Source of the DNA: Eledone cirrhosa
Lineage: Eukaryota
DNA length: 64,000 nt
Direction: 5' to 3'
Assembly: GCA_964016885.1 (NCBI GenBank)
Contig: OZ024745.1
Location: 66,588,001-66,652,000, forward strand
Shown here: piece by piece, positions 41,926-56,720 of the stretch
How the letters are laid out: every line of letters begins with the position of its first letter
Position numbering within the stretch: position 1 is the first letter of the stretch
Notes under the pieces: generated by a model
Seen by the model: only the letters and a program-made list of their open reading frames with translations
The model's database searches: none
What the model was told of the DNA's origin: nothing
Translations under genes and position numbers: made by a program

Positions 41926-42517
41926 AGCGTGTGTATGTCTGCGTTTGTGTGTGCGTTATTAAAGGATACGTCTCTTGTACAAGTCTATACACTAATAACT
42001 TTGTCAAATAAAGAAAGGAAGCAATACAAATAATTCAAAATTTACTCATCTCCGAATGTATTTAGAATACTATTTTGAGTAACGTACACTTACAATTGAA
42101 ATCATTCAGTTGGGAAATATGCAATATATATCCCAAAAGATATTTCTTTCATTTTCCCGATTCCTTTTAGCTCAGACAAGAAAAAGTAAATAGTTGAAAA
42201 TGTTAATGAAGCGTAGCTAATTTTAGAGGATTGTGTATATTTGCGACTATGAAAATCATTAATTCCATGCTCTTCTCTACATTATTTTAAACTCTATATT
42301 GGACTTTTACATTACCCATGAGTATTTTTCTTCAATATGCCAATCACTGCTGTTAATTTTCGAATGTTTAAGAAAAAATATTTCAAAAGGAAATCTAGTA
42401 TATATATATATATCGAAAGTTATGTATTATAGTATTAGTTAAATTTGACGTTGCAGCTGATACATGTATGTATGTGTGTGTGACTGTGTGTGTGTATGTG
42501 TGTGTGTGTGTGTGTCT

Positions 42518-42607
<90 letters not shown>

Positions 42608-43679
42608 ATGCGAGCGAGTGTGAGAGAGAGAGAGTATGTGCGTGTGTAAAAGTGTGTATGTGCATGTATATGTATGTTTGACAATGTAGGCAATAACAAT
42701 AAATTTTGATATTATTTATTTCCGAATGTGTAAATAAAGTGATATAGTTAGTGAAGTTCCAACTTTTGTTTACTTCGTAGAAATCCATTTCCAGACGTGG
42801 TATGATATATTGTTGTGTAACTTCGCAAAATCTTACTGATATTTATTTTCTCAGGTCTAGTAGGTAAATGTTAAATTTAGCCCTAGTAACTAAATGTTAT
42901 AAAGCATTTAATCTGGCACTGTATGATTTATGCAAATTCACCGCTCTCTATAGACGTTTAATTATTTACAGTCCAACAAAGAATTTCGAAATTGGCAATA
43001 TGTCTCTTTCAAAGCCATTTTCCGTTGAGTATACATACGTTCCTAAGGTATTTGCACACAACTATACGACTCTATATTTCATTTGCTTTCTGCAATGCAA
43101 AGTAGATTTCATTTAATATATAAAACCCATTTTATATCATATGTACAATAAATCCCCTTCCACATACTAAAGAATAAATAGATAACTAATTAAATGTGAA
43201 TAACCAGAAGAATTTATATTTACATAGCAAACAGTAACTGAATAAACATTTGACATATTTCTGTTCCTGATTAACTTATGTGAATTACCTGTGATGAGTA
43301 TAATAGTTAAACGTAAGCTTCTCACATCGAGTTTTTCAGTTGAAACTTAGCTCTTTGTTTTAATTATAAATAACATTAGAAATAACATTCCAATAAATAT
43401 CTGAGATGGATTATGTCACATTTAACACAATGTATATCTTACTAATTAGGTACGTTGATTCTGTGCAGGCCATATACTGTACCATTAGATTATTTATGGT
43501 ATTTAATTTCGTATAGCATCCTTATCGCATCAAATCCTACAACACTCTCAAGCACATACATAAAGATACACACACACACAGACATACTCACCACACACAC
43601 GCACGTATATATATATATATGTGTATGTGTGTATCTATATATGTATCTATATATGTCTGTGTGTCTGTATATATATATA

Positions 43680-43711
<32 letters not shown>

Positions 43712-43984
43712 AAAGGATTCGACAATTTCAATCTCCGTGATGAATAGTGAAAAATAAATCGAATCATTTCCTTATTCATATGCCGAGAGCAAGAAATAGT
43801 TGAAACGTAATGTTGACTCTTAGATTATGGGTAAGACAGTTATGTACTTGCCCACAACCACCCCTACAATAACAATTAAAGGCTTTACTTTTTGGATGGC
43901 AAATAAAATTATAGAATCTTAAATGTATTCATCCTTGCTGACAGCAGAACAGCACCACATTTTCTCGGATTATTTCTATTCGTA

Positions 43985-44125
43985 TTAGAGTTACGGCCCT
44001 TGCCATTCTGAGTTCAAATCCCGCCGAGGTTAACTTTGCTTTCATCCTTACGAGGTCGATAAAATAAAGTACCAGTAATACACTGGGCAATTGCTGGCCT
44101 TGTGCCAAAAGTAGAAACAATTATT
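43985..44125 (+). mobile_element. tRNA-derived SINE
   Basis: B-box CTGAGTTCAAATCCCGCCGAGG plus family core. Confidence 0.85.
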
Positions 44126-45979
44126 TCTATTCTTATTGACACATACTAATATATATATATGATTCTCATGTGTCCAATACCTTTCCACCTCCGCAATGTG
44201 GTTGAGTGGAAAGACTGGCTATAGCATCTTGTTGGCTCTAAGCTAACGTTTCATCATTTCGTGTGTTAATGTTGCAGAGGCCGAGGCGAAACTACATCGG
44301 TCGTCATCGGAATTCTGACGGAAGTAGTGGAAGGAGATGCAGCAACAGTAGTCATACTCATCATCTAAACTAAAGCTACTCAGCTTCATACTGCGTTGGT
44401 GTCTGCAGCTATATTTCAATTTTAGGTATTTCCATCTAGGCATACAGCAAATAGACTTTCTGCCCTAAAGTATCTGCCCAAGAGACTCATATTCTGATCC
44501 ACATTTGAGAATTATCAAATTCTGTAATTTTGTGATCTAACCAGCTGTTGTACACTACATCCTCGTACTGGTTGGTAAAGTTGACAAAGAGCTGCATGGG
44601 TACACAGCTTGTTATTTTTGAATTTTCATCTCTCTGCCCCAAATACTGCATCATTAGCTTGTTGGTAGGCGTTGAATAAACGTGCCCTTCCTAGCACTTT
44701 GCCTTATCCTGAGTTTTAAACAACATGCCCTGTCCCGGTGGATGGAGAACATATTTTGCCTTTCATCTATTTGAGGTCTCTCTAAATCCACTTTTGAGGA
44801 GATATGGAAGCCCGCACTGCCATTTGAGAAACAGCAGTATTCCCTTTACCTCTTTTCCTGGTATTACATATATAAAATCCTCGAGGAAGAAAGACATTCT
44901 CTCTTCCGCCGTGCTCCTTGGCCCTCCTTCTTTCATCCTCTCTCTTCTGCCTTTCCACCGCGCTCTCTATCTGTCGCTCACTTTCACTCACTTAAGTATG
45001 TACTTTCATATATCACGAAACATTGATTGTATCTGCATTTGGAGGTAATGTTCTCGTTACTGTTTATACTGCGTTAATCATTTGGATTAATATATTCAAC
45101 ACTACCAGCAAAAGACGTCGAAACATTTGGGGAGAGTATGTGCTCTAAAGGACTCTCCATGAACAAAACTGGTCAAAACAATGACCGTAAAAAAGGCTCC
45201 TGTGAATTTCGTGATGTGACGATATATCATTTTCTCGCACTCTCGCTGTTTGATAAGAGATTGAATAGTGGATGTATCTTCCTATCCCACATAACACTGC
45301 ACTGACAACATTTTATCCGCCGTTTAATTGTTGTCTACATTCACTATATTGTTGTTTCCGTTGGCAAAGAAGAGCTAGAATAATCATTTTCAACACTCAT
45401 TTTTTTTTTTTTCTCCCGTTATGTTATTTGGTAAAATGTGTTCTTTTTGTTGCTGCGATTTCCTGATTGTTTTTAGTCATGCTGTTTAAATTATTCAAAA
45501 TAATGTTAATTTTTGTCAGACATTCAGTATTTTTTCTTGTTATGAAATACCTATATTGTGCTAAAAAATTGATTTTTTAAAAATTCTGTTTACTGTCTTT
45601 TGTGATTTAGCGAACGTTATTTTTTATTTATGCATTTATTTATTATTTTTATTGTATTGTTTTTTTCTACATTCTGACTTGTAAATTACCTTGTTGGTAA
45701 TTTACAAGTCGCAATGTCTTTTGCAAATAATGTGTTTTCCTCGGATTTGAAAATATCTATTCCAATCTTTATGTGGAAGCTTCCTACAAAAAGGTAGATT
45801 TACATGTATTTTCTACCGGTGGATATCCGGTTGTGAGATCGGAACAAAGGTCAATAAAATTGCACGAAAAGCAGATAATGCTGCTATTGCTACTTATATC
45901 AATGGTAATATATTACATTTAACCTAGCGTACATCAATATACTTGTATAATTATAAAGTATATATAGAGTAAGAGCAAT

Positions 45980-46185
45980 GGGTTGGCAGTATGGAGGGAC
46001 AACATGCTCTGGGGCATACAGTTACAGCCCTTTACGATCTGATTTCAAATCCCGTCGGGGTTAGGTTTGACTTTCATCATTATGCGGTCGATAAAATAAA
46101 GTACCAATAACTACTGGGTTCGATTTAATTGACTTACCCCTTCCCTTCAAATTGTTGATCTTTTGCCAAATATAGAAAGCATAAT
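45980..46185 (+). mobile_element. tRNA-derived SINE, diverged
   Basis: TTCAAATCCCGTCGGGG...GTCGATAAAATAAAGTACC. Confidence 0.7.
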
Positions 46186-47584
46186 TATAGGTGTCTTATA
46201 ACGAAATTCAACCCATGTATTTCCATTAATTATTTTATGATTTCTCAGCTAGAAGCAAGTGTAACAAATCTGATCTTCGTTAGTTTTATATTCAGAACTT
46301 AGAGTAGCAAACAGACATTGAAAAGCAGTTTTATGGATTTTCGTATTTTGTGGATCTTAGAAAATTTGAAAAGTAAATAATACTGATTTCTAAATAAATC
46401 CCACCTTCAAGTATCGGAGGTATAGTTGATTAAATCTGCCCCCAGCATATGCTCCTAATTTAGTTTATCAAGTCCGAAAGAATGGTTGGATAATTAATTA
46501 CATTTCTGTATTCTTTATGCATAAAAATGTTTAGCACCTGAATATTCTAACAGGACTTTCTAAAACACGTGTAATCTAGTGAAATTGTGAACATTCGTTT
46601 CCTAAAAGGAAAATATGTATTTTAAATATATCATGTGGAGTCGTTTTAAAATATGTTATACAATAATATTCATGTATTTTGTTTAACGTTGCTTTAATAC
46701 ATTTGGATATATATAAGGTGATATTGCATTTTAGAAACTCTTTACATTGAATGTAATGCAATTTTATTCTCCATTACTGTTAATTTAGAATGATTAGTGT
46801 TGTTGTCACAGGTTATTCTCTACATTCTAACTATTCGGAAATATAATACTCTAGTTTGTTTTGGAATATTTGTATTATGATGGGTATAGTAATGACTGCT
46901 TAACACGTTAACGACCCAACTACAAAATCCTTCTACGTAAAATTTAGAAGTCAAGAAAATACATAGATGGTTGTTATTTTTGTATAGTAGACGTAATGTC
47001 TCAACCTAAAACTTTCTGGGTATATTTAAATCCTCTCGTTAAAACGCAATATAACCTTCATTTGAAACAATAAAGATTTCCTAATTGTGTCAAGGTAATC
47101 GTTATTATCAATTAAATAAACTTTGTGCTGTTACTTATTTTGTTAATTGCTGATGGATGTAAAACACACTGAAACCCATAGAGAATCTGAAATCAGAACA
47201 GATGTAACAAAGTACTAGAAGATATTCATTTAATCTGCCATTCTAATTCCTCTCCAATACCATTTACTTTCTTGAATGACGTTTTTGACTTTGCAGTATT
47301 TTACCAATGATTGAACCCAATTCACCAGCTTAATAATGATGAGGATTGCCTCCTCAGGCACTGGTCCAAGAGTTTCCCCAAAGAGCAGTGATTGATTTAA
47401 CCAATTTAATGTATCTAATTCATTGATATCTAAAGAATGAAACAAACAAAACAGAATGAATGCAAATTGAACTCTGGTGGGATTTGTGCTCAGCATATAT
47501 TGAATCTTAATGTCTCAAATCTTCGTTAAATTTTTATTAAAGAGATTTAATGTATTTAGGCCGTCATTATTTCGCCTCTGTTAG

Positions 47585-47780
47585 GGCGGTAGATTGGCTG
47601 TATCGTTAGAGCGTTGGACAATATGCTTTACGGCATATAATTCCGTCATTTCACGTTATAAGTTCAAATGCCACCGAGGATAACTTTGATTTTCATTCTT
47701 ACGGGATCGATAAAATAAAGTACCAGTCACGTCCTGTGGTCGATATTGTTGGCCTTATGCTTAAAATAGAAAACATTATT
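47585..47780 (+). mobile_element. tRNA-derived SINE, near full length
   Basis: GGCGGTAGATTGGCTGTATCGTTAGAGCG head, B-box AGTTCAAATGCC, family core. Confidence 0.75.
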
Positions 47781-49159
47781 TCGCTTCTTCTACACTGCTA
47801 CACAAATACTATTATCTTCCTCTTACTACTACTACTAATAATAATGGATTCTGAATCAGGCAAAAGGCCAACAATTTTAGGGGAAGGAAAAAGTCGATTA
47901 AATCGACCCCAGTGTATTACTGGATGAAACACCATTTTCGTAACTTTCATTCAGAGGCTGAAAAAAATGCCTAATGTGATTTTCGTAAGGATGAAAGGCC
48001 TGCTGGGACACTGTGCCATTGATAAGATTTCTTTTTAAATAGAAACTATATTAGGAGATATGAAAGAGGATTGTAAACGTAAATATGCAGAAAATTATAA
48101 AACACAATTTATTTGAATAATCAGGCAAGTAGTTGATACGTGCTCGTTGTGTAGGTGCGTAAATTCTGGAAACAGTATTTCGGTTTTTTATGCGTTATGT
48201 GGGTACTTAATTTGCACCAAATATCATATATCATCTCAGAACTAGTCTAATAATGTTAACATTAATTCGGGTAGAAATATCCAGTAGATAATTAGTGTAT
48301 ATGTGAGTGTGAGTGTGTGTATCCAATTATGTATTGATATGTTTTTAGTGAAGAAGAACGAAAAGTACGAGAATTAATAAATAATTGAATACATGGTGAT
48401 AGATTTCTGTCTGTAAGAAAATGTTAGATGTAAATAGATTGTTAAAGTGTTGCTTCGTTAGCTTTCACAACCATCATCCAATTCTACCTTCAATAAATCC
48501 TGCGGCTAATCATTACTTTTCATAGAGAAATTATGTCTTCAGCACTCTGCATATAAAATTATAAAAGTAAAAACAAAGAACTTCCAAAACAGTATATTGT
48601 CCTTTTTTTAAATATTTGATGAGGGACAGATATGTACAATATTGTATTAATTAAAGTATATGTCGGTAGTAACTTTTCTTAACGTATACGCAATTAAATA
48701 CAAAATTATATGAAAGCAATAAAATCCCGACAGCAGGTTATACGCAGACTCAAATTCATGTCAATTCCTGATCTTTAGTTTTACACAATGTCACTTACTT
48801 GGAGTAATGTGTATTTGTATATCTTTCTTTATATACTGTTTTGACTGACTTATGCAAAGTTTTAAATGACTATTTATATTTTGACTGACTACCTTGGTTT
48901 AAAGGAGCGACTATACAATGTAATGCAAGACTACATTATTCGTAAATAACAATGTGGTCATGGCCGAAATAACCTGGAGGAAGCAAAACTGCAACCATGG
49001 ATCTAGATACAAGGCTGGAGTTTCTTTAATCTGGGGTCACACCTTCAAACAAAAATACAGAAGAACACCTAAAAATGTTTATTTCCCAGAAGTCAAGGAT
49101 TGTGAAATCTCACTCTATTCTCAAAAGATTTCATGTATCATTTCTAGTCGGCTTGATGT

Positions 49160-49275
49160 GTCATCCCGGGTTCAATCGGGGGTAACCACATGGCTTCCTG
49201 ATGATTTCTCCCGAATGAAACAGTTCTAGTCCTGAAACAGTTCTAGTCCTGTAGAAGCCTTTCTATATTAAATAT
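49160..49275 (+). mobile_element. HHR element, family A copy 2 (rearranged)
   Basis: 49192-49259: GGCTTC-CTGATGA-TTTCTCCCGAAT-GAAA-CAG TTCTAGTC CTG-TA-GAAGCC with a 17-bp internal tandem duplication. Preceded by the inverted family tail (GGGTTCAATCGGGGGTAACCACA). Confidence 0.7.
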
Positions 49276-49616
49276 ATATTTTCTATTTTCTATCCTCTGT
49301 TTTTGTTAATCAACCTCCTGTTCTCTTATATATCTAATTCTGCAATTAATACCTGATGACATTACATAGGTCCTGAAGCTGGGCCATTGAAATATGTAGA
49401 GCGTTTTCATGTTATTAAAATTAAAGGTTTTTAATGAATATTTCACTACGTTCATGCACTAACTACTGGATGGATGGTTTGCATAACGTTGTGTGCTTTA
49501 ATTTATTGCATCTTCATTTACTAACTGGAATCACCTGTTCCATCTATTGGAAAACAACGTAACATAAATGGTATATATATATATAAACACACATCTATCA
49601 ATATATATATATATAT

Positions 49617-49655
<39 letters not shown>

Positions 49656-49738
49656 TGATTGCAATATAATCCAATAAACACAATTTTGTAACATCTGTCT
49701 TAACGTTTAATTTAAACACACGCACACACACACACGCG

Positions 49739-49773
<35 letters not shown>

Positions 49774-49805
49774 ATACACACATACACACACACACACACA
49801 CACAC

Positions 49806-49855
<50 letters not shown>

Positions 49856-50161
49856 GTTACAAAATTGTATTTATTGGATTATATTTCAGTGACACATGTA
49901 TAGATCTGTTATGCCTCTCTATCTCATGCAATACCAACTTACACCGGTATGATATCAAATATTAACCTAATTATTGGAGTGAGATTTTATGTCCCTGACA
50001 GATGAGTCCATATTTGCGAAAGTCCTGGGAACATATGTCTGGCTACTTGTTTTTTCTTTATTAATCTCTCTTGCGTTATCAACTTACATATTAGTATGTT
50101 CTGTAATATTAGGTTGTGTTGATTAATCTAAGAGCTGACAGTTAATGTATCCAGTCTATTT

Positions 50162-50244
<83 letters not shown>

Positions 50245-50532
50245 TTAATAAATGCATATATACATATAAATAAATATATATATATATATTTATATATTCA
50301 TATATAATATATATACATGTTTATAAATACATATGTACATATATATAAATATATATGTTTAAATATAATATATATTTATATATATGTATATATATATATA
50401 TGTGTGTGTTTGTGTGTCTGTGTGTGTGTGTGTGTTGATAAATATTTATTCGAATATAATGTATAGATATGTAATAAAAGTAAAAGAATATTTGGTTCGC
50501 TTCAATTTAAATATGTAAATATATAAATAAAT

Positions 50533-50671
50533 ATAAGTTGAAAAAAATGAAAACGAAATTTCATTTCTCACTCTTAGTATGGCACTTACTTAAATGTAAG
50601 TATGTATGTATACGTACATACATATATGTATACAGACGTACAGTAGCATGCATATATATATATATATACAC

Positions 50672-50702
<31 letters not shown>

Positions 50703-51172
50703 CACATATGCATACAGGTACACATACATATATGCACGCATCAGTTTAGCCGACGTTTATTATAACGCCTGCTTTGTTCGTTTGTTTATCAACAAATCAA
50801 ACAGCCTGAATTTATGCCATACGGTGTTAAGGCAACCACGTCACCTTTTTGTTCAACACTGACACAGGAACGATGTACTAGTTTCAAGCTTGTTAGCTAT
50901 CATCAGCACCGTTTACCCATCTGCCAGATAGTTGAACGTTCGAAAGTATATACTTTCCTTATGAAAATTAACGGCTGAGCAGCCTAATTTGCATATTGAG
51001 TGAGTTAAATCGGTCAGGCATACCGAAAACGATAAGTTGAAAAAAATGAAAACGAAATTTCATTTCTCACTCTTAGTATGGCACTTACTTAAATGTAAGT
51101 ATGTATGTATACGTACATACATATATGTATACAGACGTACAGTAGCATGCATATATATATATATATATACAC

Positions 51173-51203
<31 letters not shown>

Positions 51204-51673
51204 CACATATGCATACAGGTACACATACATATATGCACGCATCAGTTTAGCCGACGTTTATTATAACGCCTGCTTTGTTCGTTTGTTTATCAACAAATCA
51301 AACAGCCTGAATTTATGCCATACGGTGTTAAGGCAACCACGTCACCTTTTTGTTCAACACTGACACAGGAACGATGTACTAGTTTCAAGCTTGTTAGCTA
51401 TCATCAGCACCGTTTACCCATCTGCCAGATAGTTGAACGTTCGAAAGTATATACTTTCCTTATGAAAATTAACGGCTGAGCAGCCTAATTTGCATATTGA
51501 GTGAGTTAAATCGGTCAGGCATACCGAAAACGATAAGTTGAAAAAAATGAAAACGAAATTTCATTTCTCACTCTTAGTATGGCACTTACTTAAATGTAAG
51601 TATGTATGTATACGTACATACATATATGTATACAGACGTACAGTAGCATGCATATATATATATATATATACAC

Positions 51674-51704
<31 letters not shown>

Positions 51705-52172
51705 CACATATGCATACAGGTACACATACATATATGCACGCATCAGTTTAGCCGACGTTTATTATAACGCCTGCTTTGTTCGTTTGTTTATCAACAAATC
51801 AAACAGCCTGAATTTATGCCATACGGTGTTAAGGCAACCACGTCACCTTTTTGTTCAACACTGACACAGGAACGATGTACTAGTTTCAAGCTTGTTAGCT
51901 ATCATCAGCACCGTTTACCCATCTGCCAGATAGTTGAACGTTCGAAAGTATATACTTTCCTTATGAAAATTAACGGCTGAGCAGCCTAATTTGCATATTG
52001 AGTGAGTTAAATCGGTCAGGCATACCGAAAACGATAAGTTGAAAAAAATGAAAACGAAATTTCATTTCTCACTCTTAGTATGGCACTTACTTAAATGTAA
52101 GTATGTATGTATACGTACATACATATATGTATACAGACGTACAGTAGCATGCATATATATATATATATACAC

Positions 52173-52203
<31 letters not shown>

Positions 52204-52671
52204 CACATATGCATACAGGTACACATACATATATGCACGCATCAGTTTAGCCGACGTTTATTATAACGCCTGCTTTGTTCGTTTGTTTATCAACAAATCA
52301 AACAGCCTGAATTTATGCCATACGGTGTTAAGGCAACCACGTCACCTTTTTGTTCAACACTGACACAGGAACGATGTACTAGTTTCAAGCTTGTTAGCTA
52401 TCATCAGCACCGTTTACCCATCTGCCAGATAGTTGAACGTTCGAAAGTATATACTTTCCTTATGAAAATTAACGGCTGAGCAGCCTAATTTGCATATTGA
52501 GTGAGTTAAATCGGTCAGGCATACCGAAAACGATAAGTTGAAAAAAATGAAAACGAAATTTCATTTCTCACTCTTAGTATGGCACTTACTTAAATGTAAG
52601 TATGTATGTATACGTACATACATATATGTATACAGACGTACAGTAGCATGCATATATATATATATATACAC

Positions 52672-52702
<31 letters not shown>

Positions 52703-53170
52703 CACATATGCATACAGGTACACATACATATATGCACGCATCAGTTTAGCCGACGTTTATTATAACGCCTGCTTTGTTCGTTTGTTTATCAACAAATCAA
52801 ACAGCCTGAATTTATGCCATACGGTGTTAAGGCAACCACGTCACCTTTTTGTTCAACACTGACACAGGAACGATGTACTAGTTTCAAGCTTGTTAGCTAT
52901 CATCAGCACCGTTTACCCATCTGCCAGATAGTTGAACGTTCGAAAGTATATACTTTCCTTATGAAAATTAACGGCTGAGCAGCCTAATTTGCATATTGAG
53001 TGAGTTAAATCGGTCAGGCATACCGAAAACGATAAGTTGAAAAAAATGAAAACGAAATTTCATTTCTCACTCTTAGTATGGCACTTACTTAAATGTAAGT
53101 ATGTATGTATACGTACATACATATATGTATACAAACGTACAGTAGCATGCATATATATATATATATACAC

Positions 53171-53201
<31 letters not shown>

Positions 53202-53669
53202 CACATATGCATACAGGTACACATACATATATGCACGCATCAGTTTAGCCGACGTTTATTATAACGCCTGCTTTGTTCGTTTGTTTATCAACAAATCAAA
53301 CAGCCTGAATTTATGCCATACGGTGTTAAGGCAACCACGTCACCTTTTTGTTCAACACTGACACAGGAACGATGTACTAGTTTCAAGCTTGTTAGCTATC
53401 ATCAGCACCGTTTACCCATCTGCCAGATAGTTGAACGTTCGAAAGTATATACTTTCCTTATGAAAATTAACGGCTGAGCAGCCTAATTTGCATATTGAGT
53501 GAGTTAAATCGGTCAGGCATACCGAAAACGATAAGTTGAAAAAAATGAAAACGAAATTTCATTTCTCACTCTTAGTATGGCACTTACTTAAATGTAAGTA
53601 TGTATGTATACGTACATACATATATGTATACAGACGTACAGTAGCATGCATATATATATATATATACAC

Positions 53670-53700
<31 letters not shown>

Positions 53701-54170
53701 CACATATGCATACAGGTACACATACATATATGCACGCATCAGTTTAGCCGACGTTTATTATAACGCCTGCTTTGTTCGTTTGTTTATCAACAAATCAAAC
53801 AGCCTGAATTTATGCCATACGGTGTTAAGGCAACCACGTCACCTTTTTGTTCAACACTGACACAGGAACGATGTACTAGTTTCAAGCTTGTTAGCTATCA
53901 TCAGCACCGTTTACCCATCTGCCAGATAGTTGAACGTTCGAAAGTATATACTTTCCTTATGAAAATTAACGGCTGAGCAGCCTAATTTGCATATTGAGTG
54001 AGTTAAATCGGTCAGGCATACCGAAAACGATAAGTTGAAAAAAATGAAAACGAAATTTCATTTCTCACTCTTAGTATGGCACTTACTTAAATGTAAGTAT
54101 GTATGTATACGTACATACATATATGTATACAGACGTACAGTAGCATGCATATATATATATATATATACAC

Positions 54171-54211
<41 letters not shown>

Positions 54212-54671
54212 CATACAGGTACACATACATATATGCACGCATCAGTTTAGCCGACGTTTATTATAACGCCTGCTTTGTTCGTTTGTTTATCAACAAATCA
54301 AACAGCCTGAATTTATGCCATACGGTGTTAAGGCAACCACGTCACCTTTTTGTTCAACACTGACACAGGAACGATGTACTAGTTTCAAGCTTGTTAGCTA
54401 TCATCAGCACCGTTTACCCATCTGCCAGATAGTTGAACGTTCGAAAGTATATACTTTCCTTATGAAAATTAACGGCTGAGCAGCCTAATTTGCATATTGA
54501 GTGAGTTAAATCGGTCAGGCATACCGAAAACGATAAGTTGAAAAAAATGAAAACGAAATTTCATTTCTCACTCTTAGTATGGCACTTACTTAAATGTAAG
54601 TATGTATGTATACGTACATACATATATGTATACAGACGTACAGTAGCATGCATATATATATATATATACAC

Positions 54672-54702
<31 letters not shown>

Positions 54703-55170
54703 CACATATGCATACAGGTACACATACATATATGCACGCATCAGTTTAGCCGACGTTTATTATAACGCCTGCTTTGTTCGTTTGTTTATCAACAAATCAA
54801 ACAGCCTGAATTTATGCCATACGGTGTTAAGGCAACCACGTCACCTTTTTGTTCAACACTGACACAGGAACGATGTACTAGTTTCAAGCTTGTTAGCTAT
54901 CATCAGCACCGTTTACCCATCTGCCAGATAGTTGAACGTTCGAAAGTATATACTTTCCTTATGAAAATTAACGGCTGAGCAGCCTAATTTGCATATTGAG
55001 TGAGTTAAATCGGTCAGGCATACCGAAAACGATAAGTTGAAAAAAATGAAAACGAAATTTCATTTCTCACTCTTAGTATGGCACTTACTTAAATGTAAGT
55101 ATGTATGTATACGTACATACATATATGTATACAGACGTACAGTAGCATGCATATATATATATATATACAC

Positions 55171-55201
<31 letters not shown>

Positions 55202-55671
55202 CACACATATGCATACAGGTACACATACATATATGCACGCATCAGTTTAGCCGACGTTTATTATAACACCTGCTTTGTTCGTTTGTTTATCAACAAATCA
55301 AACAGCCTGAATTTATGCCATACGGTGTTAAGGCAACCACGTCACCTTTTTGTTCAACACTGACACAGGAACGATGTACTAGTTTCAAGCTTGTTAGCTA
55401 TCATCAGCACCGTTTACCCATCTGCCAGATAGTTGAACGTTCGAAAGTATATACTTTCCTTATGAAAATTAACGGCTGAGCAGCCTAATTTGCATATTGA
55501 GTGAGTTAAATCGGTCAGGCATACCGAAAACGATAAGTTGAAAAAAATGAAAACGAAATTTCATTTCTCACTCTTAGTATGGCACTTACTTAAATGTAAG
55601 TATGTATGTATACGTACATACATATATGTATACAGACGTACAGTAGCATGCATATATATATATATATACAC

Positions 55672-55702
<31 letters not shown>

Positions 55703-56170
55703 CACATATGCATACAGGTACACATACATATATGCACGCATCAGTTTAGCCGACGTTTATTATAACGCCTGCTTTGTTCGTTTGTTTATCAACAAATCAA
55801 ACAGCCTGAATTTATGCCATACGGTGTTAAGGCAACCACGTCACCTTTTTGTTCAACACTGACACAGGAACGATGTACTAGTTTCAAGCTTGTTAGCTAT
55901 CATCAGCACCGTTTACCCATCTGCCAGATAGTTGAACGTTCGAAAGTATATACTTTCCTTATGAAAATTAACGGCTGAGCAGCCTAATTTGCATATTGAG
56001 TGAGTTAAATCGGTCAGGCATACCGAAAACGATAAGTTGAAAAAAATGAAAACGAAATTTCATTTCTCACTCTTAGTATGGCACTTACTTAAATGTAAGT
56101 ATGTATGTATACGTACATACATATATGTATACAGACGTACAGTAGCATGCATATATATATATATATACAC

Positions 56171-56201
<31 letters not shown>

Positions 56202-56204
56202 CAC

Positions 56205-56235
<31 letters not shown>

Positions 56236-56684
56236 CACATATGCATACAGGTACACATACATATATGCACGCATCAGTTTAGCCGACGTTTATTATAACG
56301 CCTGCTTTGTTCGTTTGTTTATCAACAAATCAAACAGCCTGAATTTATGCCATACGGTGTTAAGGCAACCACGTCACCTTTTTATTCAACACTGACACAG
56401 GAACGATGTACTAGTTTCAAGCTTGTTAGCTATCATCAGCACCGTTTACCCATCTGCCAGATAGTTGAACGTTCGAAAGTATATACTTTCCTTATGAAAA
56501 TTAACGGCTGAGCAGCCTAATTTGCATATTGAGTGAGTTAAATCGGTCAGGCATACCGAAAACGATAAGTTGAAAAAAATGAAAACGAAATTTCATTTCT
56601 CACTCTTAGTATGGCACTTACTTAAATGTAAGTATGTATGTATACGTACATACATATATGTATACAGACGTACAGTAGCATGTG

Positions 56685-56720
<36 letters not shown>

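Noticed and set aside
43985-44125. tRNA genes at B-box motifs
   Set aside because: No cloverleaf; the motifs belong to the dispersed SINE family.
47230-47496. 88-aa minus-strand ORF
   Set aside because: No recognisable motif; the length is compatible with chance or decayed transposon sequence.
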